From the NCBI RefSeq assembly GCF_001194135.2, contig NC_068981.1, forward strand, positions 11,042,453 to 11,106,452: DNA of 64,000 bases, given 5' to 3'. Both the position numbers and the translations under genes were made by a program. Below, in pieces: positions 1-13,645 of this stretch. Positions within the stretch are counted from its first letter, which is position 1, and each line of letters begins with the position of its first letter. The notes beneath the pieces were generated by a model. That model was not told the DNA's origin and searched no databases. It worked only from the letters and a program-made list of their open reading frames with translations. This stretch comes from Octopus bimaculoides. Its lineage: Eukaryota.

Positions 1-2184
1 GTCTTTTCATGCCTATAGTGAGTTGAAAGGCAGAGACAATCATCTCTTATAAGACCTCCACGTCAAATAGGAAGGTGTGATTAGTGTAGTTTCAAGCCAG
101 AAGCATGACCTACATGATTACAACAAAGTGAACTTCATTAAAGGTAACCGTGGTATCAGATGATGGTGTGTAAGCGGGTGATGGATTATAGGTACCACCA
201 GATAGGGTATAGCCAGATTTGAACTGAGAATGTAAAGAGCAAGAACAGATATCACAAGGTATCTGGTTTGGCATTCTTCAGTCCCGCCAATCCATCACCG
301 CGACTTGACTTTGGTGAGACCTGAACGTTAGATTGCAGTGTCGAAATAACTACCTCGAGATTTTCTCGCCCCAACCGATTCGCCATCTAATGTGAGAAAA
401 TATTTTGTCTTCTCTTCATGGTGTCTTCTAACACAGCGAAGATGGAATATCGTTTAATAAGGTGTCCCTTATGTGAAGTGAATCATTAGTAAACCATTAA
501 ATCTTTAAGTATTACCGAATGATACTGGCGATATACATGCATTCAAATATACATACATAATTAGGTACACACACATATATATTAGAAAGTGCATCAGTCG
601 TGGGTAACTATTGACGTTATATAAGCATGCGCATACAGACATACACACTCTTATATATATANNNNNNNNNNTATATATATATAAATATAAACAAACACAC
701 ATACTAACACATACATGTATAGAATTGATTGCATAGTATTGTTTACAATAATTATCTTGAGCTGACGAAATACATTGCATTTGCTGTAATATTAGGATTC
801 CTTCTTTTCTGTTATAAACATTTTTATATTTCTTTACCACTATTTTAGACTTGTGTCTAAAATCAATTGTAACAACGGAGACATATTAGTGTTGCGTATC
901 GATTGAACGAAAATGGTATCAATTACCTACGCAAACCCAAAACTCTGCCAGAGAACAAATAAAGTGTGTGCGTTGTAAGGTGACTAGTTAAAACATGACA
1001 GTATTAAATGCCATTTACGATTAATGGCATCAGCTCCAAATGTAATGATAAAGCCCATTAGGAAACCATTTTATTGTTATTTCTACAAAGCTATATTTAA
1101 CGTTTATCACGCGCTAATTCCCTGCAACAGAATTATTATATATACATATGTTCCTTCGCGAGTGGGTTTATGTTAATTGATATGGCCAGTTATTTACACA
1201 GTAGCAAAGGTGAAGTAATAAATTGAAGACTGTTTTAAACGTTTTTGTTCATACACAGAGATATTACACGGTAAACAACCTTTACTACTAGATTAGGTAG
1301 AGCAAATGCCTGAGCGGTATATAGGATTTCATGTTGGTTTCATTGTAAAGTGCTATTAGATTATGCTTATGGAAGTTGTAGAAACATATCGGACATGTTA
1401 GGGAAATGTAACTCTGTAGTTTAAGGTTTGTAAACCATTCTTCAGAGTTATGTCACAGTGGTTGTTTGGAGAAAAAAAGAAGGAGGTTCTTGAGTTTTGA
1501 TTGAAAATACATAGAGGGGGTAGGTAAGTTTCAAGAGTCAGACGAGGCATCGATAAATTGCGAGTGAGTTGACGGAAAATATTTGTGTTTTAACTAATCG
1601 TTTTTCTTCACACCTACTTTGTAGAGAGCACCTACTTTGTAGAGAGCACCGTCAGCATTATGTAAATAGTAGTCTCATGTATGGTAAGTCTGGGTTTTGT
1701 AACGTATCAAAGGTTGTTTAGAGATTAATACAAAAGGCTGTTTGTTGTTTAATCTCAGGTATTAATTTCATGCATTCATCTCATTTATTCATCTCATGTA
1801 ATACATGCAATACTAGAACTCAAGAAATTCGATCTGTGATCTCCCAGGTATATTCCTAAGTAAAAAGATCAAGAACGACATTATACAACGCACTATGATA
1901 GGATTTTAGTTGAGGAAGGTTTGGCTCTTATGTTTAGCATGTTTAGTAACAACACGATGGTTACTTTGTGGAAATATATATTACCGTCAAGGATGGGATG
2001 AGCTAAAAGTAAGTTTTAAAAGACAGGGTCTGTATGCGAAGACTAAACGGTAATCTCTAATGATATATGATAATATTCTCGGGATAGCTTTCCGTTGCTT
2101 TATTCAAATACCACATTTTCTATTTGGCATTATTGTTATGAAGTTACTATAACTGTTACCTTGCTACACAAGATACCATTGTTA

Positions 2185-2710
2185 CTGTATTTGAAAGTGC
2201 CAGCCTTGCAACATCCTGTGTCACACTGAATCTCCCTTCAAGCTTATGCACATCTGTGGAGTTCTCAGCCACTAGGACGTTCATTTCAAAAGCAGGCTAT
2301 TCCGTTGATCGCATCAACTGGAACACACGTGAGGACTGACAAAGACGACCATTTTACGAAATCTTCCTACTGCACTTGCTTTCGCATTAGCAGTTCTTGG
2401 ATTAAGGCACGTGACTTAATGGTTAAGGTATTCGGCTTACAATCGTAAAATCATGAGTTCGATTATCGGCGGTGCGTTGTGTCCTTGGACGAAACACTTT
2501 ATTTCGCGATACTTCAGCTGTCAAAAGTGAGTTGCACCTGTATTTGAAAGTGCCAACCTTTCCACATCTTGTGTCACCTTGAATTTCCCTGAGATCTACC
2601 TTCAATAGTATGCATGTCTGTGGAGTGCTCAGCCACTTACACACTAATTTCCCGAACCGGCTGTTCTGTTCATCAGATCAACTGAAACACTCTTTGTAGC
2701 TGACACAGTC
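2185..2710 (+). mobile_element. Two adjacent partial SINEs of the second family
   Basis: Repeated CTGTATTTGAAAGTGCCA.CCTT..TCTGTGGAGT.CTCAGCCACT block; tRNA head at 2405. Confidence 0.75.
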
Positions 2711-3204
2711 CCAATTTTAAAGCAGTTCTAGGGATGATAAATTTAAATTCGTATTCTTCATTAATTATTGATGGGTTAACAGTATTCGTTTTCTTTTTCT
2801 TATACGCGGTGAAGCAGGAAGACCTCCCATATGTTTTCTGCCACATCTGGCCGCTAGTAAAGTTAGACAGGTGATAATAGCATATAAATGTAGGTAATGT
2901 TTTATCGTGTTTTTCATTCACCACCAATATTTGGACCGGCACACCGTACATTTGTTATTGAAGCGTTTATCAAGAATAGTGAATTTGAATGTTTTTTTTC
3001 CGTAGCCTGTACTGTACAAAACAACAGAATAAACCTATAGGTTTCATTCAACGGGTGTGCAAATGAAAGGAAATTAAGTACACAGTAGTAGACTATCTTT
3101 CCATATAATCACACACGTCGACATTCCGTGAGGTTGCACAAAAATGATACAATCTTTCAGTGTTACCTTAAACGTATAGGTTTATTCCGTAGCAGACTGG
3201 TTTT

Positions 3205-3238
<34 letters not shown>

Positions 3239-3241
<3 letters not shown>

Positions 3242-3365
3242 GGTGTCCACAAAGTCTGGGTACATGGGGATTAACACATACTTTAAGAAGCTATTATTTC
3301 TTATACTTAATTGTTTATGTTATAATTTTATTTACTCCATGTAGCCAGACTTTGTGGACAACCTG
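3239..3365. mobile_element. Tc1/mariner-type MITE
   Basis: About 27-bp imperfect TIR (GTGTCCACAAAGTCTGGGTACATGG / CCATGTAGCCAGACTTTGTGGACAACCTG) flanked by TA. Confidence 0.8.
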
Positions 3366-4429
3366 TATATAAATCCTGTTAGAAAGCTGTCTATTAGAAC
3401 TATAAACTAAGGGCAACTGATGCCTTAAGGCTCTAAGTATATATATATATATATATATATNNNNNNNNNNTTACAACCTGTGTGATCCATTGGGATCTTT
3501 GATATTAAAATTGTAACCTTCTCATCAGGGAAAGCATGGGAATCATCTTAAACGTAAGACATTATGACCGATTATGAAAACAATAGATGGATAAGGTTAT
3601 GACTTGATTCATTTGAAAGATACCTATGTAAACATATATTAGAATGCCTGAAAAGGAAAGGGATCGCAAAAGTTGAAGAATGAAGAATAGAAAGAAGTCT
3701 GAATTAGCTCAAATGTGCTTTTTTTTAATTGTCTTTACTAATCACTGGAAGCTCTACAAAGTATTGCTTAACCCACGAATAAACACCACGATGATACAGA
3801 GAATAGGTACAAGCAAAATCAATCAACACTACTACAATGTGACTTAGTAACGCTGACTAAAAATAATAGATTTTAGTCTTCTTCCTTGAGAATATTGGCA
3901 GCGAGAAATAATATTGCTATTGTATTTTCTTTTTAGTTAAGTGTAACCGACAAGACGATGAATGGCCGCATTAAGAGCCTGTTCATATAAGATATATGTT
4001 ACTAGAAGCTGATAGCAATGCTACGCATGGCTGGGTATCTCATGTTAGATGTATTATCATTGATTTCAGCAGGGAGAATGTTTGGAATAAATCAATTTGC
4101 TTCAACACTGATTACAATCTCTGAAAAGTGAGATTTAAGATGCTATGTTTAAAGACAGCTCTATGTATTTCTGCTTTCTTTCGTTCGGTGATGAAGAAAC
4201 AAACATTGTAATAACTATGATAAGTCTGTCATACGTTATATGATAGCATATAAATATAAAGATATATATATATATATATATGCATGTATCTATAGATATA
4301 ATTTTACACCTACACACCCAGACATTTAGACAAACATCTCTCTACAGACAGACCCGTTCCCATATATATCCTTACGGTATGAGAACATTGGAAATTGATG
4401 AAATAAAGATATAATATAATAATATATCA

Positions 4430-4643
<214 letters not shown>

Positions 4644-5029
4644 CAGTAAGTGACGCTGTCAATAAATATATTTGTATATCTTGAATATATAGAGATCCAT
4701 GCAATTCAACTGAGCACAGATTAGCTATTTAAACAGCTAATATTTCCAGCTATGACATATTTAGATGTCAAACAGCATTCATATCCATATAAACTATAGC
4801 TTGTGGAGCTTTAGTTGATAAAAATTGAAAGACTTGTAAGACGTTCAAATCTCTTCATACAAGACACGTTATGACGACTACGAAATGGCTTAAGATGGCC
4901 CAAATGACATATGCAAGCATCTATCCATCTATCCATCCATCAATCAATCCATCCATCCATCCATCCATCCAACCAAGCATACTTAGAAAGAAAAGGGATA
5001 GCGATGCAGGGAAAGCAGCAGAATGTGAC

Positions 5030-5480
5030 AATTGATGCAGACTTTGTGGAGTCAACACCGAAGATCACAAGCAGTTGTTCGAAAATGTCATCACGGTATT
5101 ATCTACCGATGAGACATGTAAGCTAGCACACTGTATAATTCGATCCGTCGGAAGGATAATCTCGAGGACAAGGAAATAAGAACTCACAGTATGGTAGAAG
5201 CCATAGCTACTGGTAATGAAAATGAGTACTGATGGAATGTCCCAGTGAAAACCTCAGTAAAATGTAGACACACTAGTCTTGATTTAATGATTTCGGTTAG
5301 AGAAGAGAAACTTTGTACAGTTGTAGAAATCAGTTGCTCAGCGGATGTCAAGATAAGGCGAAAAAAGAGAATACCTACGCTGAACTATTCAGAAATTTGC
5401 AATTACTCTATCCAGATTACAAGGTCAGGTTTGTATCTGTAATTATTGCGGCGCTGGGATATGTAACACACTGCCTAAAT
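5030..5480 (+). mobile_element. RLE-type LINE fragment (zinc knuckle plus PD-(D/E)xK endonuclease)
   Basis: CRLCG..SSCSKMSSRYYLPMRH, then DLMI..REEKLCTVVEISC.AD and KENTYAEL..NLQLLYPDYKV.FV.VII.ALG; frameshifted. Confidence 0.8.
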
Positions 5481-5487
5481 ACCAATG

Positions 5488-5555
<68 letters not shown>

Positions 5556-5811
5556 NNNNNNNNNNNNNNNNNNNNNNNNNNNNNNNNNNNNNNNNNNNNN
5601 NNNNNNNNNNNNNNNNNNNNNNNNNNNNNNNNNNNNNNNNNNNNNNNNNNNNNNNNNNNNNNNNNNNNNNNNNNNNNNNNNNNNNNNNNNNNNNNNNNNN
5701 NNNNNNNNNNNNNNNNNNNNNNNNNNNNNNNNNNNNNNNNNNNNNNNNNNNNNNNNNNNNNNNNNNNNNNNNNNNNNATATTTGTATGTATGTGAAGTAT
5801 ATAAGCATGCA

Positions 5812-5902
5812 TAGGCGCAAGCGTGGTTGAGTGGTAGGGAGCTTGCATCTCAACTACATGGTTTCGCGTTCAATCCCACTAGCATAGTACCTTGTATATA
5901 TT

Positions 5903-5948
<46 letters not shown>

Positions 5949-6175
5949 TGTCTCTCTGTCTATCCGTCTGTCTGTCTTTGTCCCCCGCCACCGCTTGACA
6001 ATCGGTATTGATGTGTTTAAGTACCGGTAACGTAGTGGTTCAGCAAAAGAAACGATAGAATAAGTATTAGGTTTACAAAGAATAAGTCTTGGGGTTGATT
6101 TCTTCGACTAAAAAAAAAAAAAATTCAGGTGGTGCTCCAGCATGGCCGCAGTCAAATAACTGAAACTAGTAAAGC
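5812..6175 (+). mobile_element. SINE of the same family, partly deleted
   Basis: Head, (TG)n tract and 3' part GAATAAGTCTTGGGGTTGATT..GGTGCTCCAGCATGGCCGCAGTC. Confidence 0.75.
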
Positions 6176-6954
6176 TAAAAATGTCTTTCATTTGGAAAAT
6201 TTCGTAATTTTTTAATGTTTCACCTCGTGTCATTTTATGAGACTTCATGAGCTTAAACCAGATTTAAGGCTTTTCAAACCTCTTTTGGTTACGAGATATA
6301 CAGATAAGGAAAGGTATCTCATATGACTTCCTTGCATGGGCTTTGATTATTTTTGCTATGATTTTCTATTAGAAAATCTTCATGGAAATCTGCGAAATTA
6401 GAATATAACATTATTATTGTTGTCATATTCTACAGGAGAGCTACTTAAGCGTCACTATTCGTGAATTGAAATAAAGGACTCATATGATGTTGTTGAAGTA
6501 GATACCTGAATCTATAATCATGGAGGTAAAGAAATAATATCTAGACTATTACGTTTCCCTGCTACAAATTGCAGTTGAATTTTCTTTAATCGCATTCGTT
6601 GTATTAAAATGAGAAAAATACATTGAGTAAAATAGTTTTAGATGTCTTCCCTGCAATACGACAAAACTGTTGCTGGAAAGGCTGTGGTCATAGATTTTCT
6701 GAATACGGCTGGCATGCGACGTAAGTGCAAGAATTCGTTATATATTTGAATGCGGTAGAGTGCCACAAATATATCACAGTAAGTTTCAAAAAAGGAAGAG
6801 GATTAACTGGGAGGAACCATGCCATTAGATGCAGATACATAAAATCGAAAAGCAATCTTAGAAGGGATCTCCATTAAGCTCAACCGATTCAGTTTCTGGA
6901 AAGTACAGGATATTCACTATGAGAGCAGATCTGGTAATTAGAGCCAACTAGTAA

Positions 6955-7295
6955 AATTAATGGACATATTTCAGACTTTTTATATCTCTTCACTTCAGAG
7001 GGACATATTCTACGTGGCTGGTAAGACATGGTTCCGGGTTCAGCCCCACTGCATGGTACCTACTATCTTCTCGGGCCGACCAAAGCCTTGAGAGTTAAAG
7101 AGTGAAATTAATGGACAAGTTTAAGTTATTTTGTACCTTTTCACTTCAGTAGAGCATAGTCTACGTGGCTGTTAAGACAGCCACATGGTTCTGGGTTCAG
7201 TCCCATTGCATGGCACCTACTATAGTAGCGGGCCGATCAAAGTCTTGAGAGTAGATTTGGTAGACAGAACCTGTAAGAAGCCCCTGTAAGAAGCT
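6955..7295 (+). repeat. 151-bp tandem duplication containing a SINE fragment
   Basis: AATTAATGGACA at 6955 and 7106, each followed by CACTTCAG..TCTACGTGGCTG.TAAGACA and SINE head/core sequence. Confidence 0.75.
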
Positions 7296-7338
7296 TGGAA
7301 GAGGATGCGTGGCGTTCGATCATATAATAATATAAATA

Positions 7339-7379
<41 letters not shown>

Positions 7380-7625
7380 NNNNNNNNNNNNNNNNNNNNN
7401 NNNNNNNNNNNNNNNNNNNNNNNNNNNNNNNNNNNNNNNNNNNNNNNNNNNNNNNNNNNNNNNNNNNNNNNNNNNNNNNNNNNNNNNNNNNNNNNNNNNN
7501 NNNNNNNNNNNNNNNNNNNNNNNNNNNNNNNNNNNNNNNNNNNNNNNNNNNNNNNNNNNNNNNNNNNNNNNNNNNNNNNNNNNNNNNNNNNNNNNNNNNN
7601 NNNNNNNNNNNNNNNNNNNNNNNNN

Positions 7626-7690
<65 letters not shown>

Positions 7691-10689
7691 AACACACACA
7701 CACACGATATTACATCCACTGCATGTATGAACACTCGTTATGAATAATAGTAATCTGGTGGAGAGAAAATAATTCAAAGTATTTTATGTGTCTGTATATA
7801 TTTTTTTATGATGTCAATGTTTCAAAAGGCTATTGTTGCTGCTATCATTGTTACTATTTTCTAATTCCAGCTCAGCTCTTATTGATCAAGTCTATGGGTA
7901 ATGTTTCAAAACAAGTCCTTATCGCCTTTATTTTCTGTTAATGAGTGCCCATGATCTGATGTATTAAATGTATTTAACGCTTTATAATGTACTACGGTGT
8001 GATTTGAAGTAGATATAGTTGTTATTTCTAGCAGGTTATTTCTAACAGCTGAATACAACCTATCTTTATAGTTTGGTACATTTCTTAATAAAAGGCTATT
8101 GATTTTTTTTTTTAAGATCATAAAATTGAATTTGCTTTTGTGTTGAGAGGAATCAATTGTATCGAAGTTTATTTCGGCCACGGGCTACATCAGAAACACC
8201 ACAATTTCTTTTTGCTTACAGTTACATGCAGTAATTGTTACGAAAACATACATCTTGATTTATACAGACTATAGTGATTTGGTAGTATTAAGACATAGTA
8301 AAAGTAGTTTACATGGATATAGAAGACAATTAAAAATAATTATTGCTTGGTGGAATACTGCAAGTAATTCTGATTCGTTGAAGTAAAATCTCCGTAGGAT
8401 TCTCATATATTGAAGTTTTTGAACTTGTTGACGTTTTTCACTAAGATTTATTCTTGAAGAAAAGAATCAAGCGGAATGATGAATAGCAGTACACCCCGTT
8501 GTGTGCCTCGGGGTGAGTTAATGGGTAAATAACTAAACAATGGATTGAGAACAATGCTAAGAAAATTCTCGCTACTGCTACAGTGTAAAAGGAAAATTAT
8601 ATTTTGCTCATGAGAATGTATAAAATGCAGGAATATGGAATACATAAATATAGACTTTTTTTTGATGCAAAAGAGAAAGCAAAGTGATCAAAGATCAGAA
8701 AGAAAAACTAAAATAAAATAACACCAAAGAATGAGATTCAAAAGATTCTTGTCTTCAGAAAGGTTAGAGCAAGATAAATCAACTTTATAAAGTGGAATAA
8801 AAATAGTAGAAGAAACCTATAAAGTGCAAGAGTGATTGATAAAGATTGAACTGATGTGTTATATGGGTGATCAATAAATAGATCACGCCACACAGAAGAA
8901 CAGTAATAAAGGATTTCTTTAGACCAATAATCATAGTAATAGTTAGATAGAATAGGCAAAGAATTGCAAGATATATCGCGGTATTGATCGAAATGAAGTG
9001 ATTGCCAAGCGCACAATCTTTGTTCAACCTTCCAATGGATTTTCATTATAACTTTCAAAGATCTATGAAGAAATATTTCATGGAAACCACGAGAATAGTG
9101 CATAACATTCTGTTCAGTGTTCTGCAGTTGTTGGGAGTGGTTGAAAACCTGTCTAGAATTAAAAAAAAATGTAGAATAATAAAAAAAAAATCCTTATAGA
9201 TTGCATTCAACTACAATAAGGATGAGAAAATAAATGGAATGGTGGGGTAAAAACGGAACGGTAAGTATAGGCAAGAGTGAAATTAAAGGTTGTGAACAGA
9301 AAGTAGAAATAAAAATCCTTTATCAAATATCAATTTTAATACTCGATCGTAATGGGAGTCACTGAACTAGAGCTGAATAAATGGCAAACTACATAGTATT
9401 GCTTTATTTTAGCCATCTTTCATTTGCAAGATATACATCATCTTTGTGCCTTCGAGAAAAAGAAACGAATAGTTTTAATATTAGTTTCAAATTTTGGCAC
9501 AAAACCATCAATTTCATAGGGTGTGGTCGATATAATTGACCCCAGTGTTTAACTGGTACTTGGTTTATTGACTCTGAAAGGATGAAAGGCAAAGTCGACC
9601 TCGGAATGATTTGAACGAAAAGGCGGACAAACTGTCGCTACGCATTTTGCCCAGCGTGATAGCGATTCTGCCAGCTCGCTGCCCTATTAATTTGACTATT
9701 AGGACTGGTATTTGAAGTAAATCATAGATTTTTTTTTGTAGTACTGTCCATCAATCTATGTATCTACACTTATACATTGCTATTTTCGTCTCTCTTGCAG
9801 CTTTGTTCGGCTTTCTTTTAAACTTCCTAATACAATTATCATCTAGTCTATCTGCTTTACTGTCTTTATGATATTTCTGTTGCTTTAAATAGTCATTTTG
9901 TGTGTGTGTTGCACTAACATAATTAATATAGAGCGTGAGAATTAGATACTATTCCAGGTCGGTTAGTATATTCGAACTGCTGTGTCACTTCACATGCTGT
10001 TAGAGCTTCAACTGCTATTTGTCGGATGGGAATTTGGGGATTAATGTACTTTATTTGCCCCTTACATTTTGACTCAATTAGACAGTCTGTTAAATCGGCC
10101 CCAGTGTATAGCTTGTGAATGAATTTATCAAGTGAGCAAGGAAGACGAAAAGCAAATTTGACATGGATGATATTTAAACTCGAAATGGTAAAATCGGAAA
10201 CAAATAAGGCAATGTATATTGTACAAAGTCTTAAAGGTCCTACAAATATCACGCATTCATAGCGAGTTTGTGGGAGAGGGTGAAATTTGAGCCCCTTATT
10301 AAATTTTATAGCATTAATTATTAAACATTAATGATTCTTTCTCATAAACTGGTTTAGCTGTTATTTCTAGCAATACAGGCGTTTCCGAACACCCTAGTCA
10401 CATTTAGTGACAATCATAATTCTCCTTTTTGGTGAAACATTACAAACTGCTGTTTATATTAATATTACACGCACACATATACATACAGACACGCCCCGAT
10501 AATATATATTGCAGGCGCAGGTGTGACTACGTGGTGTAAAGTTATTTTCGCAACCACATGATTTCGGGTTCAGTGCCACTGTGTGGCACCTTCGGCTAGT
10601 GTCTTCTATTAGAGACTTGGGACGACTAAAACCTTGTGAGTGGATTTGGTAGATGGGAACTGAAACTCGTTGTATATATATATATATAC

Positions 10690-11090
10690 AACAGGGGCAG
10701 TGCATGAGATGGGAGGAATACGTGGTCAGTCGCAGAATCTCATGGAAGGAACTTTGGGCTTGGGAACAAGCAAGAACATCCTTCCTGATCAAGTCTACCT
10801 TCGACGTTCTACCCTCACCGGCGAACTTAGTCCGATGGAACATAAAAACAACCGATGAATGTGGATGCGGAGAGAAAGCGACGGTGAGACATGTTCTGTC
10901 AAGCTGCAGACTAGCACTAGAAAGGTATACATGGCGCCATAATCAAGTCCTCAGCGTCATAAGCGCAGCGCTCAAGGAGAAGATCGATGGATACAATAGG
11001 GGAGAGTACCCCTAAGTGGAAAAACGCAGGAAAATATACTTCCAGAAGGAGGGAGAAGGACATAAGATCAGGCCTCCAAATAGAGCATGC
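10690..11090 (+). mobile_element. RLE-type (R2-superfamily) LINE fragment, zinc-knuckle region
   Basis: SFLIKSTFDVLPSPANLVRW..CGCGEKATVRHVLSSCRLALERYTWRHNQVL (CCHC plus RHN motif). Confidence 0.85.
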
Positions 11091-11495
11091 GTGGGCTAAG
11101 ATTACGCGCCCTCCATTATCAGTTAAAGTTTAGACAGTGTCACGTGACAACTTGCTGGAGCCTAGCAGCGGGAAGTTTAGACAGTGTCACGTGAAAACTT
11201 GCTGGGGCAGCCTGCTGGAGCCTAGCAGCAGGTATAAAAAGGGGAATTTGACATGACAATCAGTCGGACGCTGACACTCGTTGATGCTGCATCGAAGAGG
11301 CCAGGGAATAGAAGAAAGAAGACACCTCCGAAAGGGGGGCCCCGCCACGTCAAAACGGTAGAGGAGTAGGGGCCGAAACCGGACGTGGTTCCTCCTGATG
11401 ATGTCTTGTGCTAACTGGATCCTATAAAGGAGCTGTTGTGGTAGCAGACCACGAAACATGGTTGAAATTCCTTCCTATACATATATGAATTTTCG

Positions 11496-11790
11496 GTGGA
11501 CAACGGTGTCAAACAGGAATATATTCATGCCCCTAAACTTTTCTCTATAGATTTTGCTGAATTGTTGTTCTTTGATTCTAAGGACTGCAAAACAAAGACT
11601 TCCAAAATACTTCTTAGAGAATCACTTTATGCTGGTGATGCTGATTTGTTGGCACACTCAGAGGGGGATATGCAACATTCAATGGATAGATTTTCCACTG
11701 AATGTGTACATTTCGGACTCACAATTATTCTGGGGAAACCGAAAGTAATGTCTACTCCTGTACCAGGACAAAATATTCTGAACCAAATAT
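11496..11790 (+). mobile_element. RTE-clade LINE RT fragment
   Basis: NGVKQ..APKLFSI..LYAGDA.LLAHSE.DMQ..MDRF..C..FGLTI..K.KVM, a degenerate GVKQG/YADD region. Confidence 0.85.
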
Positions 11791-12063
11791 TTTTGTGATT
11801 CCAGTATTTATATTCGAAGCTTAGCACTTATTCTGTGTTATCCTTTTTCCAAACTGTTACCTTACACAGATATACCAACACCCGTTGTCAACCAATGTGG
11901 TGAGGAGAGAAAACGTATTATCATATAAATACACGCAAAATTATATACATATAAATACACGTATGTTTATATACAGTTGAAATTTACAGAAAATCAAAAG
12001 ACGAAGGCAGGTGTATGAACAAGAGGCAGGTGTATTAGTTTGACGCTCAGAAAAGTGAGAAAG

Positions 12064-12102
12064 TCTTTTACGTTTCGAGCCTACGCTGTTCAACAGAAAA
12101 GA
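12064..12102 (-). ncRNA. Degenerate hammerhead related to the 14683 motif
   Basis: Minus strand UCUUUU-CUGUUGA-A-CAGC(GUAG)GCUC-GAAA-CGUA-AAAGA; core A6 and one helix II base are changed. Confidence 0.3.
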
Positions 12103-13271
12103 ATAAGAGAAAACAGAGTGAGAATAAAAAGTAAAAAAAAAAAAAAACCTGTGGATTTAGTGATTTCTATATTGTAGGTTTATAAACGGGGATAATTTAG
12201 ATTGGTAAATATATGATTTCCGAAACTTGTTGTATTCTCATCCGATGTGGCGACAACAATTTGAATAATTCCAGAGAAACACGTATCCAATCTGTTTATA
12301 TACTCAGCAATTAGAGTAGCTACAGAAACCTGGAATTACTAATTTGCATACCGTAAGTGTTAATACTCTATTAAATACCGGTGGCTTCGCAACAGGTTTG
12401 TCAATCGGCGAAATATCAAGATATGATATAATGTATGTAATCTATATACTAAATTTATTAACAAAACTAACAGCTATTTCTCCGTAGATTGAAAAGAGAA
12501 TACGGGATGAACAACCTGATAAATATATGAGTTCGACATAGTTTCTCTCTACCAAATTCACGCACAAAGTATTGTCCAGCCTAGGGCTGAAGTACATGAC
12601 ATTTACCCAATGACAGTAACTATTTCCAAGATGAAAATGTCAGTAAGATGTGCACTAAGGGGAACAGATATAAAGAACACGAACATGGAAAAGTGAAGAT
12701 ATGATTTCGTATTGATTTCGTATTGATTATAGATAAGTATATGATTTTACTTCTTGTATTACCTTAAACACTGGTATATCTCATTAAGAAAGAATTTTAA
12801 TATTGAATTAGTAAACTGCTTCTTTACTAGTTTTCTACACAAATATATGATTAGGCATAATATCTTCGTCTATATGTTAGCGAAAGGAATTATGAAATAT
12901 GTTAGTAATGAGAAAATTGCTTGAAAATGAAGATATAATTAAAAAAAAGATATATATCTTCCAAATAGACAATTTTTCTTAGCCAAGAATTTATGGAAAT
13001 AAATATATGACAAATTCAGTGGCAAACACTTAAGAAGGACGGTAATCGACTTAATTGCTCTTAATATTTCATTGCTACTTACTGTATTGGCGCCTAAAGC
13101 AGAACACCGACAAAAATATAAACTTTAGAAATGCAAAGCATTTTGTAGTGAGGTGGTTGAACAGCGCCCCTTACTCACTAAATGATAGGAAGAACATAGG
13201 AGCAAGTATTTAAATAGAAATACACACACACACACACACACACTTTATTAAAAAGCAGCGGGTATATCACA

Positions 13272-13317
13272 AAAACTGTTACTCAGAGTTTCACGTTCCC
13301 GTTCGTCGGACAGTTTT
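13272..13317 (-). ncRNA. Minimal type I hammerhead, U4C core variant
   Basis: Minus strand AAAACUGU-CCGACGA-ACG(GGAA)CGU-GAAA-CUC U GAG-UA-ACAGUUUU: 8-bp helix I, GNRA-capped helix II, near-palindromic helix III, GUA triplet. Confidence 0.65.
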
Positions 13318-13334
13318 GTTTAGAAATTCTAAAC

Positions 13335-13380
13335 AAAACTATCCGACGAACGGGAACGCGAAACTCTGAGTAACAGCTTT
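13335..13380 (+). ncRNA. Second, mutated U4C hammerhead copy
   Basis: Inverted partner of 13272-13317 with three substitutions in helices I and II. Confidence 0.5.
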
Positions 13381-13516
13381 TGTGATATTTCTGCTGCTTT
13401 TTAATACACCATATTACTCTACCTCTGGTATTCGAGGACTATTTTTTCCACCTTGTTTCGCATTTATGTGTTTACTCTGGTATATATCTATATATCTACA
13501 TCTATATATATATCTA

Positions 13517-13587
<71 letters not shown>

Positions 13588-13645
13588 NNNNNNNNNNNNN
13601 NNNNNNNNNNNNNNNNNNNNNNNNNNNNNNNNNNNNNNNNNNATA

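Larger units (their letters stand above)
13246..13406. repeat. Near-perfect 80-bp palindrome centred on 13326
   Basis: TATTAAAAAGCAGC...GTTTAGAA-A-TTCTAAAC...GCTGCTTTTTAATA, with few mismatches. Confidence 0.9.

Noticed and set aside
9923-10252. 109-aa minus-strand ORF
   Set aside because: No recognisable motif and no convincing exon structure; consistent with chance in AT-rich DNA.
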